Shown here one piece after another: positions 11,844 to 24,176 of a DNA stretch of 64,000 nt. The translations under genes and the position numbers were made by a program. The stretch is from Eledone cirrhosa. Lineage: Eukaryota. Under the pieces are notes generated by a model. It was given only the letters and a program-made list of their open reading frames with translations, was not told the DNA's origin and ran no database searches. Numbering within the stretch: the first letter of the stretch is position 1; every line of letters starts with the position of its first letter. Where the stretch lies: contig OZ024741.1 of the NCBI GenBank assembly GCA_964016885.1, positions 133,920,001 through 133,984,000 on the forward strand. Reading direction: 5' to 3'.

Positions 11844-13538
11844 CTACCTTTCTGCTTCCCGGGGTTCGGGTCGCACGACTTCCATGGGGTCGGGGGTTTT
11901 GGGTGAAGGGGTGTCTTGTGGTGGTGTGGGGTCGTCAGTGTGTGGTGGGGTTGGGGTGTTTGGAGTTGTGTTGGTGAGGGGAAGGGGAGGGGGGAAGCTT
12001 TTTAGTAGGACGCGGTTTATGGGTTTGACAGAGGGTGGTCCTACGTCCTCAAAATCCTTTTTTAGTTTTTGGTAGAGGTTCATTGGGATCTTTATTAATT
12101 TTAAATGTGGGTAGTTTTCTGAAGAAACAAAGTTTACACCTTCGGTTTGTACCGAAGGATTATTGTTTATGAGTTCATTTAATTTATTATTGTTTCTGTT
12201 GATGTAAGTATAGTGTAATGTCTTTTTTTCGGATGGTGTGAGTGTTTCGAAGAGGGGAGGGGCAGGTTTGGTTTTGTTTGTTGCTGGAGGGGTGTTTTGT
12301 GTTTTGTTGGATTGTGTTGACATTTGGGTAGGGGTTGTTTGGCCTTGTGTGTTTTGCACATGTTTTCTTTTTTTCCTTTTAATCTGTCTGATGGACTCCG
12401 TTTCTTCCTCCGAATTCGTTGGGTTATCTTCAGTGTTGGAGGGAAGAGGTATGTTTGCTGGTAATGTTTCCGTGTTGGTTTTCTTTGTGGGGGAGATGGA
12501 TGTCACTATGTTAGACTGTGTTGTGTGTTGTGGCTGCGGTGGTTGTGTTGTTTTATTGAGTGAGGGGTTGGGTGGGACTGTATTTTGTTTTTGGGTAATG
12601 TGTTGTGACTGTTTGTGTTGTGGTGGTGGTGTAGTTTTACTGAGGGACGGGTTGGGTGGGACTGAGTTTTGTTGTTTGTTTATCTGTTGTGGTGGTGGTG
12701 GAGCTGGTGTTGGTAGCAGGGTTTTCTTTTTGTTGAGTTGGGGACAAGCCGCCTTCAGGTGCCCTCTGCCTGCACAGATATGACAGGACGGCCTTCTCCC
12801 CTCCACGCTAATGTTTATATACCCGTGGCCCTCTAATAGGATTCTGTCGGGTATTTGGGCGATGCGTTCAGGCTTCATTTGCACTACAAGTTCTATACCT
12901 GTTCCACTGAACGCATTGCCTGTGGTTTTCCCAATGGAAATCACGTTGTCATTCGCTGGATCGATGAAGCCAGCTATGAGCCAGCAGTAGTCCACATCTG
13001 GCATCATTGCATCCAGCCATATGCGCTGAGTTCTTTTACCCATATAAGATGGATAAAAGGTAAAATTTGTCGAACGAATCGGTGACAAAGCACATTTTTT
13101 TGCCGCCGATTCGTTCTTCATAATCGCTAGGCTTCCATACAGTCTGTCTCTTCTTATGAAAGTGGTTTCATTAAGTACTTCTGTAAGTACTGTTTTGATT
13201 TCTGTTTCTGTTGGCTGTTGAGGTTTTTTAGAAATGTTGTTGATGGTACGGAAAACGACCGTCCGACTTTCAATGTCTTTGGTGAGTTCTTGAGGCATTT
13301 TTACCGATAAAATACCATTTTCCCCTTCAGTTATGTATTGTTTGGCGTCTGTAATTATTTGTGCCACATCTGAAATATTTTCAGGTATATATGTCAAAGA
13401 TTTCTTTGTTGTTTGTGCAAATGAAATATTATTGGTGTTGACTTTGTTGTCTGCTTTGTTTTCTGCTATGATGTTGTTTTCAAATGTTATTTTTGGGTTT
13501 GTCGTGTCTTTGTTTGTGGTATTAATATTGTCATGCAA
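11844..13538 (-). CDS. Tx1 ORF1 nucleic-acid-binding protein (zinc knuckle)
   Basis: 564-aa ORF with CHICAGRGHLKAAC (CX2CX4HX4C), homologous to ORF1 at 44842-46041, directly upstream of ORF2. Confidence 0.85.
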   Translation of the reverse strand: MHDNINTTNKDTTNPKITFENNIIAENKADNKVNTNNISFAQTTKKSLTYIPENISDVAQIITDAKQYITEGENGILSVKMPQELTKDIESRTVVFRTINNISKKPQQPTETEIKTVLTEVLNETTFIRRDRLYGSLAIMKNESAAKKCALSPIRSTNFTFYPSYMGKRTQRIWLDAMMPDVDYCWLIAGFIDPANDNVISIGKTTGNAFSGTGIELVVQMKPERIAQIPDRILLEGHGYINISVEGRRPSCHICAGRGHLKAACPQLNKKKTLLPTPAPPPPQQINKQQNSVPPNPSLSKTTPPPQHKQSQHITQKQNTVPPNPSLNKTTQPPQPQHTTQSNIVTSISPTKKTNTETLPANIPLPSNTEDNPTNSEEETESIRQIKRKKRKHVQNTQGQTTPTQMSTQSNKTQNTPPATNKTKPAPPLFETLTPSEKKTLHYTYINRNNNKLNELINNNPSVQTEGVNFVSSENYPHLKLIKIPMNLYQKLKKDFEDVGPPSVKPINRVLLKSFPPPLPLTNTTPNTPTPPHTDDPTPPQDTPSPKTPDPMEVVRPEPREAER

Positions 13539-14204
13539 TTTTTCAAATTTCTTTTTTTCGTTGTTGGAATCAATGTCCAGATTTGTGTTTTCGTCATTTT
13601 TCTCCGCAGATTCGTCTGTTTTTATTTTATTTTTTCTTTCCTTCTCTATGACGTTAGTTGGGAAGGAAGGGGGGGGGGGACTAAAGTGTGCGAGCTTACA
13701 ACTCTTACCGCTGTCCCCCCACCACTATTTTCGTTAGCTTCGTTTAACATTTCTGTCAGACGATTGAAATTTTATGCCACAAAATTTTTTAAAACAGGTT
13801 TTTCACCCCTGGGAGGGGCGAAGATGAGCTGACCCACCGCCTGACAGTTCAGACGGGGGGTCAAGCTACACAATAGTATCAAAATTAAAATTGAACTTAC
13901 AAAATTTCCGCAATAAATTTGAACAAAACTTCTGCGCGAAGTGAATTACATCTACGCTGTAGAACAGACGACAGCTGATCTACTTATATAACCAACAATT
14001 TCTCTGTCTGTCTGTCCGACAGCGGAAACACGTGCTTAGAGAGAGAGTGAGAGTGAAAGAAAGAGACATACTACGAGAGGGGGATAGCGGGAGGGAGAGA
14101 GGGGGAGAGAGACAGTGAATAGACGCTAAAACACGTGCTACAGAAACATTACCTTCCCCTCTCCACTGACTTTGGTCACTGAGGCCGAGGGAATCGCGCT
14201 GAGC

Positions 14205-14493
14205 GCGTCATAATGACGTAATGCAGACAGCCAGACATACAGACAGATATTATAAGGGCTCAACGTTATATCTATGTATCTATCTAAAAAGAAAGACTAA
14301 GAATTATATAGAAAGAACGCTAAATCGCCTAATGCGGTCCCTAGGGCATTGAAAATTTGAAATAATTTTTGCTCAAAACACTCACAGGACCATAAGTATT
14401 ACATGTGTAAAGTTTGAAAACAATCGGTTGGATGGTTCTCAAGTTTTAGTGAGCTGGCAGATAGACAGATATTCTCTGTTTTAGATATATAGA
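14205..14493 (-). mobile_element. Non-autonomous Helitron 5' part
   Basis: Begins TCTATATATCTAAAACAGAGAAT on the minus strand; inverted homolog of 15123-15412. Confidence 0.75.
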
Positions 14494-14529
14494 CTAGCAG
14501 AAAACCGCCCACGGGTGGTTTTCTGCTAG
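14494..14529. repeat. Palindromic Helitron terminal hairpin with CTAG at both ends
   Basis: CTAGCAGAAAACCGCCC-AC-GGGTGGTTTTCTGCTAG. Confidence 0.8.
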
Positions 14530-15122
14530 TCTTTACATATAAAACTGAGGATGTCTGTCTGTGTGTGTGTGAGTTTGAATCCCTAAAACTAGAGAAGCAC
14601 CGAACCGGCTGTTTTCAAACTTTACACATGTAATACTTATGTTTCAGGGGGAGTGATCTGAGCAAAAACAAATTCAAATTTTCAATGCCCTATGGACCGC
14701 ATTAAGCGATTTAGCAATCTCTCTCTATAATTCTTAGTCTTTCTCTTTTTAGATAGATACATACATATAACGTCGCGCCCCTATAATATCTGTCGGTATG
14801 TCTGACTGTCTGCATTACGTCACATCCTACAATTCGCTCTGCGTCCAAAACACGCCCTTATAATATCTGTCTGTATGTCTGGCTGTCTGCTGCCTCTGGT
14901 TATTCAGCCACCCTTGCTCAAGACAAATCTCACACTCATTCCCCAAACAGTTGGTAAGTGCACACAACTTCTTTCTCGCGTTTTAAGCCACAGTGTTGCT
15001 TACTTACGTACCACCAGACCCTTACTTCTTTTCCAGCCGTGGATGAGGCAATACTAAGCTTAGCTAAGGCGGTTATATATTTCACAATAACTTATCCGTG
15101 CAACGCCGGGTTCCACTGCTAG
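14530..15122 (+). mobile_element. Complete non-autonomous Helitron
   Basis: 5' TC start, 3' hairpin CCGTGCAACGCCGGG and terminal CTAG. Confidence 0.8.
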
Positions 15123-15412
15123 TCTATATATCTAAAACAGAGAATGTATCTCTGTCTGTCTGATTCCCCAAAACTCGAGAACCACCCAACCGATTGTTTT
15201 CAAACTTTACACATGTAATACTTATGGTTACGTGAGTGTTTTGAGAAAAGAATATTTCAAATTTCCAATGCCCTAGGGACCGCATTAGGCGATTTAGCGA
15301 TCTCTCTCTATAATTCTTAGTCTTTCTTTTTAGATAGATACATAGATATAACGTTGCGCCCTTATAATATTTGTCTGTATGTCTGGCTGTCTGCATTACG
15401 ACATTATGACGC
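15123..15412 (+). mobile_element. Non-autonomous Helitron 5' part, head-to-tail with the previous copy
   Basis: CTAG|TC junction at 15122/15123; homologous to 14530-14820. Confidence 0.75.
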
Positions 15413-15430
15413 TATATGTGTGTGTGTCTA

Positions 15431-15507
<77 letters not shown>

Positions 15508-15639
15508 TGTGCAACGTTTTTCAAAATATTTACTTCTGCGTTCACAGATTGATTTTTTTTAGTTTCAGAAGATCTCGTTAAGGGTGAAAGCAGAGATTCT
15601 TTGCTTAAACTTTAATCTGTTATTTATATATATATATAC

Positions 15640-16092
15640 TTACACCCCACCCCACGCACACACCTTTTCCTGAACATGGAACCTCGTTCTTCCTCAAACT
15701 CTCACATACTCACTCACACACACTCACGTACACCTACACACATACAGAAACACCACCTTCAGCCTTCCTCACTTCGACCCCCCGCCTCCCTCTCCCAACT
15801 CCACCCGCCACCACCCTTACACGCCTCACACCCTTCTACCACTTGTCCATCTTATTGTTTATTCTTGTTTATTTTTACGTTTACGTTTATTTTTATTTTT
15901 ATTTGTTCTCCTTCCCCCTTTTTTCTAAATGTATTTCCACACACCCTCTGAACTCTCTTCCTAACCTATTTACTCCTGAAGAAGGGCTTATGCCCGAAAC
16001 GTCTCCCCACCCCCCTACTCTCAAAAGCGTGAACCTAATAAACCTTTATTTGTTTGCCTCTCTGTTTTGTTCCCGTATAAATTTGCACTATA
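15640..16092 (+). mobile_element. Penelope-like 3'/pLTR remnant
   Basis: C-rich then T-rich UTR containing CTGAAGAAGGGCTTATGCCCGAAACGTC, a typical PLE hammerhead motif; ends at (TA)n. Confidence 0.55.
15976..16003 (+). ncRNA. Minimal hammerhead ribozyme core (helix I apparently lost)
   Basis: CTGAAGA-A-GGGC-TTAT-GCCC-GAAAC-GTC. Confidence 0.55.
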
Positions 16093-16094
16093 TA

Positions 16095-16356
16095 TATATA
16101 TATATTCGTGTACAGATATTTTTGCATACACAATAGCAAAATATAAACAAAAGTATTTATTTCGCGATAAAGTATTGATTTTCTTTGCACGGAAAAAAAA
16201 CCCTGGTAATCTACGACGAATTTTTCATAAGCACAAAATGTAGACACCCTCCCGAGGCCGAGGTATTCCGTACTTCTCTATACTGTTTCAGAAAGGAGGG
16301 ATAAACATGCCAATCTATGTTTAGAATCCCGAGCAACGCTGGGCCATTCTGTTAGT
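16095..16356 (+). mobile_element. Possible non-autonomous Helitron remnant
   Basis: 3' CCCGAGCAACGCTGGG hairpin followed by TTAGT resembles the Helitron end at 15096-15123; 5' boundary uncertain. Confidence 0.4.
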
Positions 16357-16541
16357 ATTTATTAAAATACATATTTTTGTGACACCGACATGGAGCTGTT
16401 GTGCAAGCGTTACAACAACCACCTACGTGACGTCATCAGATGTTTAACACACTTATGTGGGTGGGTCGATATGTTGTTGGCTAACGCGATCATGTTCGCG
16501 AAAGTCCGGAGAACATATATACATATATATACCAACACTAG

Positions 16542-16607
<66 letters not shown>

Positions 16608-16610
<3 letters not shown>

Positions 16611-16800
16611 CTTTATTTTCCACAAGGGCGCACAAGAAAAGGGGACAATACAAAGACATGCCGGGGTATTTACATACAGTCGTGTAAAAAATATAAAAAC
16701 AAACAATTACAACAATCGAAATCCCCAATAGGGGGAAGCGCCACAAATGGGTCGTTTAATACCCCGTCGATAGAACAACCCTCAACTGCAGGAGCATGTT
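16608..16800 (-). mobile_element. Tx1-type LINE 3' end fragment abutting (TC)n
   Basis: Minus strand CCCTTGTGGAAAATAAAGAAA-TCTCTC matches the Tx1 3' termini CCTTGTGGTTAATAAAGAAA. Confidence 0.6.
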
Positions 16801-16909
16801 GTGCAAATAGATAGATAGATAGATAGTTGGGAACATTTCCATTGGTCTTTCTATTGTTGATGCTATCTGTAACTCCTACGTACATACACGTACATACAGA
16901 CACACACAA

Positions 16910-17000
16910 CCATACATACATACATACATACATACATACATACATACATACATACATACATACATACATACATACATACATACATACATACATACATACA
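16910..17000. repeat. (CATA)n microsatellite
   Basis: Direct inspection. Confidence 0.95.
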
Positions 17001-17446
17001 CACGTACACATACATACACACATACTATCGAAAAGATTAGCATACAAATATTTTATTCAGATGAAGTTTGATTATTTTAGCATGAAGTGTTATTCCAATG
17101 ACCAAAGTAATGCCAATTTTTCTTGTTTTTTTTCTTGTTTTTTTTTTTTTTTGTTTTTTTTTTTTTGCTGCTTAATGATAGAATCCATCGAAAATTAATT
17201 TATTTACGAGGTTATTTTCCTTGGCGCTGATGTTTAGATTTCATGGAACGAAAAAAGAAATGGAAGAAAAAGATTAATTAAATACTTTAATTAATTAAAA
17301 CTGCCGTTAAAATATGAGAGGGTGATATCTTAGACTGAAAACATTAGTTTTATTTGTATTTCTTTAGAACACATTTCAGTCATTTTATATTATACATTGA
17401 GTTTCCATGATTATGGGGAATAAACCGGCAGCATAAATATATATAT

Positions 17447-17991
17447 TTACCACAGCAGCCCTTACAAAACTTAAGACCGTCTGGAATGACAAGAACATAG
17501 CCCTCAGCTCAAAGCTCAGACTGATGTGCTCTCTGGTCATGTCCATATTCTTGTATACCTGTGTGTCTTGGACAATAACACCAGATCTGGAAAGAAGGAT
17601 ACAGGCTATGGAGATGAGAGGCTTCAGAAAGCTCCTTGGCAACACCTACAGGGACCGCATCTCCAATGATGAACTGCGAAACAGAATTTGGCAAGCCATC
17701 GAAGATCTATGAAGATCTACTGACCATTGTAAAACAACGCAAATTGAGATGGTACGGGCACGTGACAAGATCTTCGGGGCTTGCCAAGACTGTCCTGCAA
17801 GGAACAACAGTACAAGGAGAGAGTAAGAGAGGCTGTCAGAAAAAGAGATGGGAGGACAAAATCCCGGAATGGGCATGCTTGAAGCTGGGTACAACCATGA
17901 GGAAGGCGGAGAGGCGAAAGGAATGGAAGGAGCTGGTTACCAGGTCATCTGTGGCGACCCAACGGTCCACCAGACTATGGGACAGATGAGA

Positions 17992-17993
<2 letters not shown>
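17447..17993 (+). mobile_element. 5'-truncated RTE-clade LINE (RT C-terminus)
   Basis: RRIQAMEMRGFRKLLG and KLRWYGHVTRSSGLAKTVLQG are RTE/BovB-like C-terminal motifs; short GATGA tail. Confidence 0.85.
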
Positions 17994-18050
<57 letters not shown>

Positions 18051-18268
18051 CAAAAGGGATATTTAATTTGTTGGTAATTCTTTCTTCTTCCTACACATAC
18101 ATATATATATATATCCTAATAATTATTTAAATCTACCTAGCGTCTAAAAATAACATTTTTTTCAGCCCTATACCTCAACCTCATTTGCATATTCATCTTA
18201 ATAATTTGAAATATATATAATAGAATAAATATGGTTTTATAAATATAGTTTCCATTTATTAATATCAT

Positions 18269-18466
<198 letters not shown>

Positions 18467-18486
18467 CATGAAACAAAGTTCTGTTT

Positions 18487-18560
18487 AAATCATTTATCTG
18501 CTTACGATTGTTTCTTCCAAACCGAGGTTTGGAGTCTTCGGAGCAATTATTCAGTGATTT
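18487..18560 (-). ncRNA. Hammerhead-like ribozyme at the PLE pLTR end (variant core)
   Basis: Minus strand TGCT-CCGAAGA-CTCCAAACC-TC-GGTTTGGAA-GAAAC-AATC-GTA-AGCA with distal AAATCA/TGATTT pairing; core is CCGA rather than CUGA. Confidence 0.6.
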
Positions 18561-20273
18561 TTAATATACTTGACCTCCTTTTCAACACAAGAGACATATA
18601 GAAACATATGTATATATTGACCCACAGTGGGTTGACATCCATTATAATAATATAGCATGGTAATTTACATACAAAGATTACAGTCATATTAAAGGACAAA
18701 ATTAAAGTTAAAATTAAAATTAAAAATTAAAATTAAAATAAAAGATTGGCATTCTACTAAGATAAAGCAAAAGGAAAGTTTGGAGTAGCCAGTGTATGCA
18801 ACAGTCACACGTGTGGCATGCACGCGTGTCCTATTTATACAAGATTATAGTGCGGCAGATTTTTACAAGTAAAACAAGCAGTCAAAGCAGGCAATCAAGA
18901 GCATCATGGGGGTGAACTGGTTAAGCATTATTTACACACACCTGTACGATATAGAAGCCCGTGTGTGGCGAAACACCAAAAATATCAAAAATATTACAAA
19001 TGAGAAGCAAAACAGCACCACTGTCCTCGTACACACCACCACTCTCACAATCCAGGAAACGCAATTTATAGACTACATGCCCATCTCACAATCCACGATG
19101 ATTCAACATTGGGTGCCTGGTTAACCCTGCTAGAACATCACAGCTTGTCGTTCTTTAATTCGATTCATAGATCAGGTTTTTTTGTTGTGGTAGATGTCAT
19201 CGTATTATATTCCGGAAGTGTGTGTGTGATTAAGGGGAGTTAATGCGTAAGGGGAGGTAAATAGCTGATTTCTATAGCTAAATTTATTATCCTAAAGTAC
19301 ATTAATGGTGTCTCAAATGAGTTCCCATCATATAAGGTTATAAACAATTTCTAAATTTAAGTATCTTATCTATAAATTACAGTGTAGTCTATCGAGAAGT
19401 ACTAAAGGTGTTCATATTAGGATGATTACCTTTTATCATAGAGTGCCCCCACCGAACATTCCACATGAAGAGTCAGATCTCCAAATCAATGATCTTTGTA
19501 AGTGTAGTCCACCCGCAGGACCTGGCAGGGTCTTATTAGAATCACTTCTATATATGACTCCTGGTAAGTTCTGGGTCATTGCATGACTGATTGCATGGCA
19601 AAGTTAAATATCACTAGGGTAGTCCAGAGATCAATTCTCACTTACAAAGACACTGATCTGACCATCAAGTCATACATGTATTTATAACTCATACATCACC
19701 TGTACATAATTCATTGCACTCAGCATATAGATTATATAGCTCTTTTATGTTAATAAATTAATTACTTAATCTTCCATTTATCCAATGATGCCACCACATA
19801 CACAAGACAATGTTAGCACAACCAATTCCGTGCTTAAAGTTTACATCGGTGTAATGTAGTCTAAGCAATTGAAGGCCAATATGCCAAAAGTAGAAGTACA
19901 TGGGGATATCTCCAAGGTAAAAGGTACTAGGAGGATGTCACTATTTGCGTTAAAGAGGATTAATGGGTGTGGAGATGAGGTGTAAGGTGTGCCCCTGATG
20001 ATTGCTGCTAGAGGTGGTGACGGGTTCAAGTCTGACATTGTTATATATTGGATTTAAAGTTTTGGAAGGAGTGTCGAAAGCGGTGTTGGCAAGACGCGAT
20101 CACTTCTGATTTTTTATTAAGGAGGTTATGGTTTGAGAAGATGATAGTATGGGTCTCTAGTAGACAGAGGTTACAAAATTTATTAGGTGGTTTGTACGAT
20201 GACGCGTTACCTATCACTTCCCATTTAAGTGTATATGGTTTATTTTTAGTTTTTAGATAGTGTATTAACGTTT

Positions 20274-21568
20274 TTGGACAAAAACACTAAAAACGTTAAC
20301 TTCCTGGACGCCACCCTCTACCTAGACTCAAAGATATATGCACCTTTCCACAAACCTAATGAAAAACTCATTTACGTAGATACCAAGTCTAACCACCCTA
20401 GATCTATATTAAACTCTATCTCTAAGGAGTATATAATAGAATCTCTAATCTATCCTATGACGTAAACATATTTAGCAAAAACTCGCAATATTATAATCAG
20501 GCATTAGCTAGATCAGGCCATAATATAGAGATCGAGTTCCTACCTACAAAAACACATAGCTACAACATTATTTCGCACAACATGTCCATGAGGAAATTTA
20601 GTAATAGGAATAGCAACCACACACACACTAATACGGAAGATGCAAACAAAAGTAACCCACACCACAGAAATTACCATAGTACCATAAAAGGAAACAACTC
20701 ACCAGACATAAAAAACAAAAATAGAAGAAGAAATAATACATTTTTCAACCCTCCTTTCAATCTAAATGTCTCTACCAACCTACCTAGGGCTTTCTTCTCA
20801 CTACTAGATAAAAACTTCCCATCCGGCCATAAGTACCATAGCCTTTTAAACAAAAATACTATTAAAATCTCCTACTCTACTACGCCTAACATAGCATACC
20901 ACATAGCTAGTAGCAATAAAAGAAAAATTAATTTTTACTTCCAGCAAACTAAATCACAACAGACGATAAACCTTCAAAATAACATTATAGCAACTAACCC
21001 TAATATCAATAGAAATAATAGTAATAACACTAGTGTAAACAATAACGCTGGAAACGTCAACCCACATAACCATAACCCTATAGCTACCATCCAGACTTCT
21101 ACACAACATAATAACCGGCAGACTAACACCCAGAATAATTGTAACTGTAGATCAAATAGAACCTGCCCTTTAGATAAAAAATGCTTAACCAAGGATATCA
21201 TATACTCATGCACAGTCACAACTAGCAACTCTTCTGAAACCTATATAGGCTCTACTTCAAACTGCTTCAAAACCAGATACAATTCGCACCTCCACTCTTT
21301 CAAAAAACACAGTCTAGCCAACCCCACTTCTCTATCTAGCTACATACACTATCTAAAAACTAAAAATAAACCATATACACTTAAATGGGAAGTGATAGGT
21401 AACGCGTCATCGTACAAACCACCTAATAAATTTTGTAACCTCTGTCTACTAGAGACCCATACTATCATCTTCTCAAACCATAACCTCCTTAATAAAAAAT
21501 CAGAAGTGATCGCGTCTTGCCAACACCGCTTCCGACACTCCTTCCAAAACTTTAAATCCAATATATAA
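20274..21568 (+). pseudogene. Penelope-like (Naiad/Neptune-type) RT C-terminus and GIY-YIG endonuclease
   Basis: VNFLDATL, PFHKPN, SNHP, FFNPPF, KISYS, CNC..CPL..CL, IIY..TYIG..FKTRY..H and CNLCLLE; one frameshift near 20430. Confidence 0.9.
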
Positions 21569-23303
21569 CAATGTCAGACTTGAACCCGTCACCACCTCTA
21601 GCAGCAATCATCAGGGGCACACCTTACACCTCATCTCCACACCCATTAATCCTCTTTAACGCAAATAGTGACATCCTCCTAGTACCTTTTACCTTGGAGA
21701 TATCCCCATGTACTTCTACTTTTGGTATATTGGCCTTCAATTGCTTAGACTACATTACACCAATGTAAACTTTAAGCACGGAATTGGTTGTGCTAACATT
21801 GTCTTGTGTATGTGGTGGCATCATTGGATAAATGGAAGATTAAGTAATTAATTTATTAACATAAAAGAGCTATATAATCTATATGCTGAGTGCAATGAAT
21901 TATGTACAGGTGATGTATGAGTTATAAATACATGTATGACTTGATGGTCAGATCAGTGTCTTTGTAAGTGAGAATTGATCTCTGGACTACCCTAGTGATA
22001 TTTAACTTTGCCATGCAATCAGTCATGCAATGACCCAGAACTTACCAGGAGTCATATATAGAAGTGATTCTAATAAGACCCTGCCAGGTCCTGCGGGTGG
22101 ACTACACTTACAAAGATCATTGATTTGGAGATCTGACTCTTCATGTGGAATGTTCGGTGGGGGCACTCTATGATAAAAGGTAATCATCCTAATATGAACA
22201 CCTTTAGTACTTCTCGATAGACTACACTGTAATTTATAGATAAGATACTTAAATTTAGAAATTGTTTATAACCTTATATGATGGGAACTCATTTGAGACA
22301 CCATTAATGTACTTTAGGATAATAAATTTAGCTATAGAAATCAGCTAGTTACCTCCCCTTACGCATTAACTCCCCTTAATCACACACACACTTCCGGAAT
22401 ATAATACGATGTCATCTCTCACAACAAAAAAACCTGATCTATGAATCGAATTAAAGAACGACAAGCTGTGATGTTCTAGCAGGGTTAACCAGGCACCCAA
22501 TGTTGAATCATCGTGGATTGTGAGATGGGCATGTAGTCTATAAATTGCGTTTCCTGGATTGTGAGAGTGGTGGTGTGTACGAGGACAGTGGTGCTGTTTT
22601 GCTTCTCATTTGTAATATTTTTGATATTTTTGGTGTTTCGCCACACACGGGCTTCTATATCGTACAGGTGTGTGTAAATAATGCTTAACCAGTTCACCCC
22701 CATGATGCTCTTGATTGCCTGCTTTGACTGCTTGTTTTACTTGTAAAAATCTGCCGCACTATAATCTTGTATAAATAGGACACGCGTGCATGCCACACGT
22801 GTGACTGTTGCATACACTGGCTACTCCAAACTTTCCTTTTGCTTTATCTTAGTAGAATGCCAATCTTTTATTTTAATTTTAATTTTTAATTTTAATTTTA
22901 ATTTTAACTTTAATTTTGTCCTTTAATATGACTGTAATCTTTGTATGTAAATTACCATGCTATATTATTATAATGGATGTCAACCCACTGTGGGTCAATA
23001 TATACATATGTTTCTATATGTCTCTTGTGTTGAAAAGGAGGTCAAGTATATTAAAAATCACCGAAGACTCCAAACCTCGGTTTGGAAGAAACAATCGTAA
23101 GCAGATAAATGATTTAAACAGAACTTTGTTTCATGTAATCTCTATATAACTGCTCTGTAAAACAACTGATGTTGTTACATTGAGCTATTTATCTTACTGG
23201 TAATAACATAGTAATAAATTACTGTCTTTCACTATTTAGGGTATAATATATATATAACTATAAAAGGTTTTGGTATATACATAACCATAAATAGTATCCT
23301 TAA

Positions 23304-23365
<62 letters not shown>

Positions 23366-23477
23366 AGAATACGTAGAAAAATATAGGAAACAGAAAATGC
23401 GTAAAAGACAAGCACATGGACAATGTTCGGTCATCGGCTTGTCTTTCTGGGGATCATTATAGTTTCGAATCGCCATA

Positions 23478-23628
23478 CTTTGAAGCATAGAGTTACCTCC
23501 CTTTATGATCTGAGTTCAAATCCCGCCGAGGTTAACTTTGCCTTTCATCCTTACAGGGTCGATAAAATAAAGTACCAGTAATGCACAGGGATAATTGCTG
23601 GCCTGGTGCCAAAAGTAGAAACAATTAT
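23478..23628 (+). mobile_element. SINE family A, 5'-truncated
   Basis: B-box, core and tail match the other copies. Confidence 0.85.
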
Positions 23629-24176
23629 AGTTTCGAATGCTATATAAGATAGGAGTATCGGAGTTATCCATAGATAGCTATTCGGGATGAAAACACAACG
23701 AACGTTGGACAAAAAAAAGCACAAAACAAAGCAAGAAGAAATAGCTACATACGGATATATGACAGGAAGATTGCTACAATCGAAAGCAACATAAATAAGG
23801 GCTAGGTAACCGTAGTAGAAATGAAGGAATGAATTAAATTAATACAAGTTAGTTCGAGCAATATCCCATGAACTAATATTAATAAGAGAGTCACGATGAA
23901 GATAACTGACCAGGTCGGCAGTGATGCTACCTGTTTATTCCACTATATATAGTAATAGTATATAATACTGAGACCAAAACGCAGAGACGACACTAAGAAT
24001 AGTATATATATAATTAGAATTTAGCTTCGACAGCTGTATACATACGTGCATGCAAATTTCGTATATCTAAGGATATACGGTATGTCTAATAAATAAACAT
24101 TTGGAAAGCCCAGCTATGAAGAGAAGGCTGACGACCAGCGCTGCCTAGGGGAATCCAGCAGAAGCAGCGGGGAATA

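Larger units (their letters stand above)
8542..13975 (-). mobile_element. Near full-length L1-Tx1 LINE (copy A), disrupted ORF2
   Basis: ORF1 with CCHC knuckle; ORF2 with APE, RT and C-terminal Cys motif; 3' end AATAAAGAAA abuts (TA)n; 5' boundary approximate. Confidence 0.92.
18465..23137 (+). mobile_element. Penelope-like element, 5'-truncated, with ~1.8-kb inverted pseudo-LTR
   Basis: 18465-20265 is the reverse complement of 21344-23137; the spacer encodes the RT thumb and the GIY-YIG endonuclease. Confidence 0.92.

Noticed and set aside
12238-12783. Antisense ORFs over the Tx1 elements (also 45081-45725, 44072-44719 and 42612-43402)
   Set aside because: These are shadow ORFs of low-complexity ORF1 sequence.
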